From Camelus ferus (lineage: Eukaryota), in assembly GCF_009834535.1 (NCBI RefSeq), contig NC_045698.1, positions 1,118,001 through 1,182,000 of the forward strand: a stretch of DNA of 64,000 nt, read 5' to 3'. The notes under the pieces were generated by a model. The model saw only the letters and a program-made list of their open reading frames with translations, searched no databases and was not told where the DNA came from. Shown here one piece after another: positions 1 through 9,330 of this stretch. The translations under genes were made by a program, and so were the position numbers. The number at the start of each line of letters is the position of its first letter. Positions within the stretch are counted from its first letter, which is position 1.

Positions 1-132
1 GACTCGAGTGAGGATCTGGGGTGACGGCCCCCCCACTCCTTCCCTTGGGGACCAGCACCTTTCCTCTTCCAAGTTCCCAAATCCCTGGGTTTCAAATGCA
101 TTCACTTTGCAATGCAAACACCATCACTCGGT

Positions 133-138
133 TTTATT
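133..138 (-). terminator. IRX4 polyadenylation signal AATAAA (3' UTR ~570 nt)
   Basis: tttatt on + at 133-138. GU-rich sequence (GGTGTTTG) follows on the minus strand and a UGUA lies ~50 nt upstream. Confidence 0.75.
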
Positions 139-692
139 GGTTTTGTTATATTAGCCTCTGAAGCAGGCAATGACTAGTGTGAACATACATTAAAAAACAG
201 TTTTATCGCGTGAAGAGTGTGCAGTGGTGCGAACTCGGTGGGAGTGCTGCTGGGGAAAATCACGTGTGCTGAGGACGAACTCGGGGGTCTGCAGGCTGAG
301 GGACGGGAGCAAGGAACAGGGGCATGCCTCAAATCCAAAAGAGACAGGCAAGACAAACAGGCCTCAGGACGAAACGCCTTCTGCGCATGAACTTTGGGAC
401 ATAGACTTTATGCTCCAGGGTGTCTCCCCGCTGCTCTGAGGGCCGCCCTATCCTGCCAGGTCCCCGAGTTTGGAAGTGGCCCAGCCAACTGACTCCTGCC
501 CAGATGCACAGACAGCTGGGGGCTTGTTTGTGACCCTGGGAAACTGAGTTCAGATCCTCCCTCTAGGGTGGTTGGTGGCCTGAGCTCTGCCGCGCCCTTG
601 CCTTGCTTTGGAAACTCGGTAGAAAAGGGGTCGGCCACGTTGGAGCCTGCAGCCTGAGCGCCGGCTTCCTCCTCCCTCAGGGGCCCAGCCAG

Positions 693-1516
693 TCAGGCGC
701 AAAAGGGCTTGCCGCCAGCCTTGGGCACAGCCAGCAACTCCTTGGCGGCACCGGCGGCAGAGGTGTCGTGGGGCGCGGCGGGCGGGAAGGAGCGGGCCAT
801 TGATGTCGTCAACACGTTCGCGCCTGTCCCCAGCGAGCGGCCCAGCGGCCCCGGGTCCAGGAGGGTGCCCTTGGCGGTGGCCCAGACCTGGTTCAAAGTG
901 CTGTGCCTGAGGATGGGGTCGTGGAAGACCCCATCCACCCAGTTTCTGAGACTGGTTACCGGGGAGTCCTGGTGCCGGTCCAGGGCGCCGGAGGGGGCCG
1001 GGGCTGTGGGTGAGGAGGAGGTGGGCTCCAAGGAGGCGGCCGCAGGGCCAGGGGGGCCTTGGCGCTTGAGCATGCACGAGGGAAACTCAGTCTGGCCGAG
1101 AGCAGAGGCAGCGGCCGCAGTGGCCGTGTGTGCCAGGGACCAGATTCTCGGCTTGGCTTCGAGGCCCGCCGGCGCCCCAGCCGGAGCAAAGCCCAGCTTG
1201 GCCTCGCAGGCCTGCGGGCCGCCTCCCGCGCCTGGCTGCTGTTCCGGCCCAGCTGCTGAGCTCCGGACGCAGCTCCGCACCCTTTCCAGGTCCTGGTCCA
1301 GGATGAGCGCACCCCCGGCAGCCAGGGGCATCCGGAGGGCGCCTGAGGCCTCCTTCCCTGGGGCGCTGGGGCCATCAGGCGTGGTGGGGATGCGCTCCAG
1401 GCCTCCATCCAGGGGCTGGAAGGGTGGCTTCAGCTCGCACTCTGAGGGCTCCCCCTCCAGGGGGTCGAAGTCCTCCAAGTCACTGAGCTCCAGATCCTTC
1501 TCTTTGCTGATGGACT
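693..1516 (-). CDS. IRX4: IRX4 terminal coding exon with IRO box (1119-1154) and stop codon
   Basis: Acceptor cctccccgcag at 1517 restores [13 protein letters not shown]; frame open to TGA at 695-693. Confidence 0.96.
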
Positions 1517-4500
1517 CTGCGGGGAGGGGAGAGAGTGTGTGACCAGTGAAGGGAGACAGATGATGGGGTAACCAGCACCCCACTCCCCCTTCCTCACTCT
1601 GAGCCCCTGGTGTGGGGCTTAACCCTGGAGCTAGGAAAGCACCCACGCCTTCCTACCCATCTCCCACCTCCTCAGAGGCTCCTGGTCCCCAAAACACCAC
1701 CAGGGCAGAGCTGATTTCTGCCTCCTATCAGTGGGGCTGGGGTCTAATGTTTTAAATGTGATTTTGGATCTTGAAGCACTCTCCTGGCTCACCGCCACAG
1801 GCCCACACGTGCACATGGCCTTGCTCACCCGGGGCCAGTTCATTCCTTTGCAGCCTAGACCCCGAGGGTTTGCCCCGGCTCCACGCCTTCAGAGGTCCTA
1901 GAACTGCGAGTAGGCACAGGCAGGCGCCGCGGGGCCCCAACCCAGCGTCGCCAGCCTCCCACACACCTTCACTCTTGGTGCTCTTGACCAGCTGCTCCTG
2001 AGCTTCCTCCTCGCCCCCCTCGTCCTCGTCGCCCTCCGCGTAGGGCCGCTTCTCCTCCGAGCACTTGTTCCTTGGCGGCCACGTCATCTTGTTCTCCTTC
2101 TTGAGGCGCCGGCGCGCGTTGGCGAACCAGGTGGAGACCTGCGTGAGGGTCATCTTGGTGATGATGGCCAGCATGATCTTCTCGCCCTTGGTGGGGTAGG
2201 GGTTCTTGCGGTGCTCCTGCAGCCAGGCCTTGAGCGTGCTGGTGGTCTCGCGCGTGGCGTTCTTCCGCCGCGTGCCGCTGTCCATGGTCCCGTACCTGGA
2301 GACAGCTGGGCAATGGGGCGCCGGCAGCGGGCCCTGCACCGCCGGCGGCCAGGGCCAGGCCCACGCGGGCCCTCAGTGGGGGTGTGTCTATGGTGGAAAG
2401 ACTTGGGTCTTACGCAGGAAGGCACCGCCTTCTGTGGCCCCAGGGCAAAGATAATGTTTATGTTTGATTGAACGCATATGGCGCCTGGGCTCCTTCTCCA
2501 GCCGAGAGGCCCCGGGTGGAGCTGAGCATGGCACAAGGCCCAGCCAGGTCTCTGTGACTCCACCTAGACATATGTTTCTCTGAGTTCCCTCACCCTGCCT
2601 TTCTCCTACCCTTTTGATCCTGAAACTCAGACAGCACTTCACAGAGAGGTGAACCCAACCATCAACACCTGTGGGGAGGAGTGGTCACTAACGCCCATGG
2701 GAAGAAAGTGCCCGGAGGGCCTGCGTTGACTTTCCGTGTTACATTTTTCTGACGAGGCATGTTATCTGCTGGTGGGCAAGGACTCCCCTCTCTGGCCCCG
2801 CACGGGGCAGTGAGCCAGGCCCAGACACATCACAGGGACTGCCCTTCCCAGGGTGCAAGGAAGCATCCCAGGAAGCCTGGGCAGCAGGACAAGCCTCCTC
2901 GGAACGCAATCTGCAGCAAGGTCTCTGGGAGTCGGGACAGACGGCATGGGGGCGGGGAAGGGGGCACCTACTGCATTGGGCCCTGCAGCAAGGCTGGCAA
3001 GGGGGTGGGTCTAGGCCTAACCCAGGGCCAGCCGGACTCCCACCCAGGAGTGGGCTTCCTCCTGCTGCCCGACCTTTCAGAGGGGCTGTGGGAATGGCAG
3101 CCCATGGGGAGCAGGGAGGAGGGCCGGACTCCTCACCTGTCATACGGGTACTGGCCCAGCGCCGGCTCGTAGGGGTAGTAGGCGGCGGCGGCAGCAGGAG
3201 CGAGGCCCGAGTGAGCAGAGCCCGGAGTGTCCTTGGAGTCGAAGCTGTTCTGTAGGAGCCCATGAGCCTGGGGTCGCAGCTTCTGGGAGTCTACCCAGCT
3301 CCAGCCCCTCCCCTAAGCCTCCTGGCTCTTGTCTGCTTCCCACAGACCCAGGGGCAGCTCCCACCCCACCCCCACCTGCACCCCCTTTCCCAGGCTCTGC
3401 CTGGGGTCCAGGCAGCCAAGGAGCCCCAAGACGTGGAGGGAGGAGAGCAGAGTTGGGAGGTGTGGGGAACAGGAGACAGGAGAAAGAGAATGGAGGGAGG
3501 GAGGAGGGAGAGAAAAGGGTGAGCAACTAGGGACTGGAGGAGGGTGGAGGGAGGGGAGGGGGACTGGACAGGAGAAGGGAGGCGAGAAGTGGGGAGGAGC
3601 CGAGCTGGGGCAGGGAGGCTGGGGCAACTGGGAGGAGTGACGGGCAGGGCAGCTAGTGGGGAGCAGGCCAGGGCGAGCTCCCATGGAACCAGACATCTAA
3701 CCAGAACTTAACAGTGAGCCGAAAACATTAACTACAACGGCCCACCTGCCAGGACACCCCAACCCCGGGGGCTGGTGGTGCTCTGAAGGACCAGGCCAGG
3801 TGGTGCAAGTTGAAAGAAGCCAAGGTGTGCTTCTCCCACCCCCAAAAGTCCGGGGTCCAGGTTCCTCAGCCCTTGCCTCCAGAGAACAGGGAAAGTGAGT
3901 TCGGCAAATCGAGGGGTGGGGGAGTGGTGAGGTGGCAGGAAGGTTTGAGACACGCCCCCCCCTTACCAGCGAGTAGAAGGCCGATGCCTCGGAGCCGTAG
4001 GTCACGTAGTTGCCATAGCCCTGCGCGCCCCCGTAGGGGCCCCCGTAGACGCCCAGCGCCGCGGCCGAGTTGAGCTCGTGGCGCGCGGTGGCCAGCAGCC
4101 GGCTCTCGTAGACCGGGCAGTAGACTGGCGCCTGGGCCGAGGCGGCTGGCCGGGAGTCTGCCAGCGTGCGGCCGCCCGATTCGCAGCACGTGCTCAGGGA
4201 GTTGGTGGGCATCAAGAACTGAGGGGAAGATGAGCCGCGAGGAAGGGCGAGGCCCCCGGGCACCGGCACCAGCCTGGGGGCCTGCACCTCCTCCGTCCGC
4301 CCCACGCGTCGTCCAGAAGTGCGCGCCCCATGTCCACACCGGGCTGCGCGTTCCTTCTTCTGGCGGCGAGACTGTGCACCTGGCCTCTTCCAGCTACGTG
4401 GGGCCCAGCCTGCCCTGGCTAGTAATGTTCATACCCTGCTGCTGGGGTTTCCAAAGGCGCAGGGCACGTGGCCTGGTGTGACGCGTCTCTCCCGGGTCCC

Positions 4501-4761
4501 CAGGCCCCCCGCCCCCCAGGGCGTAGGCTCAGGGCCCTGCTCGGGGTGGACGACAAACAAAGCGGGAAATGAGGGTCCTGCCCGTCGCGATTTCTCAGCG
4601 CCTCAGCTCTCCCCGGGACATGACACGAGGGGCGCGTGGCACAGGCCCTGTTTGCTGGAGAACGAGAGCGGGTCGCTGGATAGCCTGCCTCCAAGCGGCT
4701 TGCGGGGCCCCCTTACCTGGGGTGCTGAGGAGTAGGGGTACCCAAACTGCGGGTAGGACAT
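693..4761 (-). CDS. IRX4: Iroquois-class TALE homeobox protein IRX-4, 520 aa; complement(join(693..1516,1967..2295,3137..3249,3967..4218,4717..4761))
   Basis: Spliced translation begins [32 protein letters not shown]. It contains the Iroquois homeodomain [61 protein letters not shown] and the IRO box [12 protein letters not shown], and ends [10 protein letters not shown], the IRX4-type C-terminus. Exon lengths 45+252+113+329+824=1563 keep frame; all junctions are GT..AG. Confidence 0.98.
1967..2295 (-). CDS. IRX4: IRX4 coding exon 4, homeodomain exon (homeodomain ~2088-2276)
   Basis: Acceptor gtctccag at 2296, donor AAG|GTGTGT at 1966; 329 nt. TALE homeodomain with NPYP loop and WFANARRR helix 3, followed by an acidic stretch. 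Confidence 0.97.
3137..3249 (-). CDS. IRX4: IRX4 coding exon 3 ([38 protein letters not shown])
   Basis: Acceptor ctcctacag at 3250, donor CAG|GTGAGG at 3136; 113 nt, ends in phase 2. Confidence 0.95.
3967..4218 (-). CDS. IRX4: IRX4 coding exon 2 (FLMPTNS...SAFYSL)
   Basis: Acceptor ttcccctcag at 4219, donor CTG|GTAAGG at 3966; 252 nt, phase 0/0; lies within ORF 3697..4305. Confidence 0.96.
4717..4761 (-). CDS. IRX4: IRX4 coding exon 1 ([15 protein letters not shown])
   Basis: ATG at 4761-4759 in context CCCGCCATGT; donor CAG|GTAAGG at 4716. Not captured by the ORF track. Confidence 0.96.
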
Positions 4762-5239
4762 GGCGGGCGCGGCCCGGGGCTGGCTGGCCCGGCCGGCGGG
4801 GTCCTACGCGCGGGGGTCGGCGTGCCGCGGCCACTGCTCCGGGGCTGCCGGCTTCTAGGCGCTGGGAGGACGAAGCAGAAGAGCGGGTTAATTCAGCCAC
4901 ACGCTCCGCAAACTTTTCTAACTGGGTAGGAAAGTGCGTCTCGGCGGCCGCGGCGATCCTTTTAGCGCCACAATCCGGAGCCTCGAGGGGGCTCTGGGAC
5001 CGAACGGCCTCGCAGCGGCGACACAAATACATATTTTGCAAAAAAGGAAAAAAAATGAGTCGTTCGAATCCGTCAAGTCAGCGGTGCGCGGCTTTAAGCG
5101 GCGGAGGCTCTGACGTCAGCCCCACGCCGCGCAGCCAGGTCTGGCAGCAGACGCATGGGTCACTCGGCCGCGGCCGGGCCGGGCGGGGCGGGGACGGGAC
5201 AGGCGGGCCGCGCCGCCGGGCGGAGGGCGCACGGCTGGA

Positions 5240-5455
5240 ACAAATGAATTTCCTTCGAGGAGTCAATATCGCCCCGACGAATGGTGTTTCTCCTTAGTCA
5301 CCGAGGACGGAAGGCACTTTTAATTAGAAATTAATTAATGAGCAGCTGCTCCTTCCCACCCCACTGTAATCATTAGTCTCAATTACAAATGAGACATATG
5401 AGGGACAGACGAGTGAGTCTTCACCGAAGATGTAATCAACAGTTAAAATTAGCCC
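5240..5455. promoter_or_regulatory. AT-rich homeodomain/E-box motif block inside the CpG island (probable conserved element)
   Basis: TAATTA 5321, ATTAATTAAT 5330-5339, palindrome GAGCAGCTGCTC 5340-5351, TAATCATTA 5367-5375, CATATG 5395-5400. Confidence 0.6.
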
Positions 5456-6324
5456 GGCGCTGGCGCAGGCGGCCGGCCGGCCGGCCTCGGCTCTCCGCGC
5501 GCCCCTCCAGGTGGAAGGCAGGCGGCTCCGCGGGCCGGCGCGACGGCGGCGGGCGGCGCGGGCCGACCATTGTTTAACCGGGGCTCAGCAGAGCCTCCCG
5601 CCAGTTCGAACCCTGCACGGAAATGGAGTTCCAGACCCAGCGCGGCTGCCAGCGCGGCGACATCTGGAGGTCGTAATACCCTCCGTGTGTGGGTCGGGCT
5701 TCCCCAGAGCCCGCGCCCCGGGGCTCGGTGGGCAAGAGGCTTTGCCACTCTCATCCCCGTGTCCCCGGGGAGCCACTCCCCCGCCCAGTAAGTTCCTGCT
5801 CACCCCACCCCTTCCGCGGGCCGCCCTCCCTCAGCCGCCTCCCCCTGCCCCTCGCGGCTAAACCCGGGACTGCCAGACAGCCCTGCGCGCTAGGACGAGC
5901 CGGTTTCCCGACTCGGCTCCGGGGCCCCTCCCGCTGCGCTCGCGCCTCCCGGCGACCTTCAGGGCTCGTTCCGGGGGAAGGGACGCTGGGCGCCGGGCCG
6001 AGACGCCCTTCCCTGCTTAGAGTGCAGGCAGCGGTCCGGGGGCAGTCGAGTGCCCACCCCAGCGTTTCACCAGCCGGGCCGGCCCTGGGACCTTGCCCGA
6101 GTCCTACGCGGAGGCCAGCGCGCTGGCGGTAAGGGGACTCCCGGGCCCCTCCGAGCCCGCTTCCCGCCTCGCGCCGCCGCCCTCCGGGGGTCCGGGCTCG
6201 TCCCAGCCGCTCTCGCCCGGCCTGGCCTCCCGCGGTCGCCGGGAGGGAGCCGCGCACGGCGCGCTGCGCAGACTTGCTGGGAAAGATTCCTGGGTTCAGA
6301 CCTGTGAATCGCCCCAGGGTCACC

Positions 6325-6760
6325 CTCTAATTAATGGTGGCGTCCTCGCCCTCTCCCCAGCTGCAAACCTGCCTCCCAGAAACGAAATCTGCCCGCTCTG
6401 ACAGCTCGGTTGAAGGTGATTGATGACTATCTGGAGACCACAGTACACATCATATAATATCTGCTGCGTAATTGCTTTAATTTACAGATGAAAATACGAG
6501 TTCTCCGATCGCGTTGGACCGCAGCCGGCCACGTCCGAGCTGCTTGCAACGGAGAATCATCGGAAGTAATGAATAGCCGCTCCATGCAAATTATTCAGAC
6601 AGTTTAGCGTCTGTAGCCGGGAGAGATATATAAAGAACACGAGTCAAATGACATTAATAATTGTTTTTGAATTCTGTATTGATTTCGTGGTGGCCGTGTT
6701 TATTTCTTTCTCACCTGAATTGCTAATATCACCTTCCTGTAAATAATAAGAAACTAGCCA
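6325..6760. promoter_or_regulatory. Probable conserved enhancer (MEIS, PBX/HOX, octamer and TAAT sites)
   Basis: TGACAG 6399-6404, TGATTGATGA 6417-6426, ATGCAAAT 6584-6591, multiple TAAT cores; non-repetitive AT-rich sequence that retains CpGs. Confidence 0.6.
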
Positions 6761-8199
6761 CTGGGGCTTCTGGGCAGAAATGAATCTCTCAAGTCTCTCG
6801 CCCTCCTCCTCCTCCCCTCCCCCATCCCCCCTCCTCCCTTCTCCTTCCAGTTTTCTGGCTTCTGCTGAGGCTTTTGCCGAACATCCTGCTACTTTCCATT
6901 ATTTATTGTTTACAAACAACTCACTCTCTCCTGGTAATGAGGGCAGGGGTGCGGGTGGAGGGAGGTGCACAAGCCCAGGGTGGCCGGGGACTCTGGGAGC
7001 AGCGGTCTCTACGGGAGGGTGGCACTGAGCATCCTTTCCTCACCCCCTTCCCCTGGCCATGGTCCCGGCCTCAGAGATTGAGCGCTCAGCTGGCGGAGAG
7101 GAAGCTACCACCCAGGTCCCAGCAGCCAGTGCCTCGGGGCTCCGGGGCTAAGCCCAGACCTGCGTTTCGGTCCCCAGAGACCCTGACCATAGCTCTGGGG
7201 ACCAGAACATGCGACCATTCATTTTCTGAGCAGAACTGTTCACCCTTGGAGGGCGGTAGGCACAGCTGGTCCCTGGGGGCTTCTGGGGGAGGGGTTTCCG
7301 GAGCTTCCTTTGACCGTCACTGCTATGTTCTGTTTTCCTTTCCAGCCTGAGTGCGTGAATATATGCTCTGGTCCCCACCCACCCGCCTGCCAGGTTCTCT
7401 CAGGCCAGCCTCTTTCACTGATCCTGAAATCCCACACCCGCTGCACTTTGCCAGACTGCTGCACAGCGATCTAGCCACCCTGTTTGGGGAAGCTGGCTAC
7501 ATTAAGGGCTGCTCACCCAGCCCCCACTATCCAATCCCGGAGGCAGGGTTAGCCCCATCTGTCTCCAGCCGGGTACACACCCCCACATCCCACTGACAAC
7601 TTGTGCCTTGGCTGAGACAGGTCTGCCAGAGCCTGGGTATTTTGGGGGTCATCTTTGTCCTGAAAGGCCCAGCCTCAAGCTGAGGCACCCTGGTTTCCCT
7701 CCAGAAGGAGACAGACAGAGTGTCAGAATCTCAGGCATCATCAGCTAAATGCACTTGTGTAGACTCGGCTTACTGAGCCCACGACCCTCGAGGGAACCCT
7801 GGTTCTAAATACACCCGCGGACAGGACCCACCAGGAACCACGCAGTTCCCCATGGGCAGGGCAGCAGCTGGGCTTCCGTGAGGTGCCCCCACTGGTCTGC
7901 TGAGTTCGAGAGACACCCAGGACGAGGGGGCCTGAGGATGGTTGGCCCCAAAGGGTAGGGGCCTGTGGGTCCCTTTCTTGGCTGTGGGGTGATGTCGGCC
8001 GGCCATCGAAACCACGTAGGGCCTCTAGAGAGAGGCCATGTCCTGACCTTCCTCTGCTCCCGGTGGGGTTTCACACCTCAGACTAGCCGAGCCCCCAGAG
8101 TCTGGCCGTCCTCGGAGTCCACAGGCCACCCCACTCCCCCTCAATCCCGCACCCAGAGCCACCACGGAGGCGGGGGCCTCTCTCCAGCCCAGCGAAGTT

Positions 8200-9330
8200 G
8201 ACCCCAGCCAGAGGGCGGGGGCAGGAGCGCGCAGCACCAGACTGGGGCCTTCTTTTCTGAGGCATAGGGCCGAGCCCCTGGGGAGCCCGTGCTGCCCGCT
8301 GCTCGCGGACGCCCGGGCGGGCGGGGTGCGGGGCTCAGAGGCGTTCTAGATGTCCGGGCGCCACACTCGCCAACCCCGAGGCTGGCAGGTTGCGCCTTCG
8401 CAGCCGCTTCTCTGGGGTCTCCCGCGAAGCCAGTGGGCGAGCTGCAGGCGCACGGGTTGAATCCTCCCGAAAGGCCCCGCATTCCGGCCGGCTCCCTCCG
8501 GCTCTCGCGCCTCGGCCCCACCGCTCGCCCGCTCGCTCGCAGGGCGCCGCCCGAGAGGGGCGTCGGAATGCAGGTCCCAGCCCCGCGTCGCCCCCCGCGC
8601 CCCGCGCCCGCCTGCGACCCCCGTTCCCGAAACTTGCCGCGAACGCGGCGGCGGCCTCCAGAGACCCCACCGGCGGGCAGCAAACTTTGTGCCCTGCAGC
8701 GCAGGACCCATCCTCGCAAAGTTTGCGCGGCCGAGCCCACTCCCTACCTGCGCCGGGGACGCGCCCGCCGCGCCGCTCGGGCGCCGGGGCCGCGGGGAGC
8801 AGCGCGCAGCCCGGGACGCACCGGGGAGTCGCCGCCGTCGCCGGCACCCGCGCCCCTCGGCGGCCGCGCGGAGCCTCCGCCTCCCCGGCGGGGGGAGGGG
8901 TCTCGGCACCCCGGGGCGGGGGCGGGTGCGGGGACCTCGCCTACCTGCGGTGGCGCCGGGCCGCTACCGGCCGCCCGCGAGGGCTCTGCGCGGCCACTCG
9001 GCGCGCGCGCTCGGGCAGGGAGCGGGCGACAACTAATGGAGACATTTCCAGGCGGAGCACCTGGCGAGCGGAGCGCGCCGGCGTCCCCAGGCGCCGCGGT
9101 CGTCAGCCGAGCCCGCACCGGCGTGACGTGGGCGAGCGAGCGCGCTGCTCCCACCCGGCCGCCCATTAACGCTTTCCCCCGCGGGCGCCGCGCACTCGCC
9201 AACTTTCCCCTCCGCCCGGCCCGCGCGGGGTGCACGGGACGGAGGCGCCCGGGGTGGGGGGTGAGGGGTGGGGGCAGGGACACCGAGGGCTGGTCGGGCG
9301 GGTACGCTCTGGTTTGAGAGGACACTCAAG
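8200..9330 (-). promoter_or_regulatory. Second CpG island; candidate distal IRX4 promoter and non-coding first exon
   Basis: Extreme CpG density; TGACGTGG 9124-9131; minus-strand donors CAG|GTAGGC (8944) and CAG|GTAGGG (8747). Confidence 0.7.

Larger units (their letters stand above)
3950..6300. promoter_or_regulatory. CpG island over the IRX4 5' end and proximal promoter
   Basis: Very high GC and CpG density. Perfect CRE TGACGTCA 5111-5118, GC box GGGCGGGG near 5181, TTAAA (minus) 5093-5097 and Inr-like TCATTTT (minus) around 5056. Confidence 0.85.

Noticed and set aside
709..1542. 277-aa plus-strand ORF
   Set aside because: Antisense shadow of the GC-rich IRX4 terminal exon; no independent coding evidence.
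1517..1646. N-terminal extension of ORF 693..1646 (MGAFLAPG...)
   Set aside because: Intron 4 read-through upstream of the true acceptor at 1517; the same applies to the flanks of ORFs 1752..2339 and 3697..4305.
8289..9317. 342-aa ORF and overlapping ORFs in several frames
   Set aside because: Arg/Pro/Gly/Ala-rich translations typical of a CpG island with few stop codons; open on both strands; no domain recognised.
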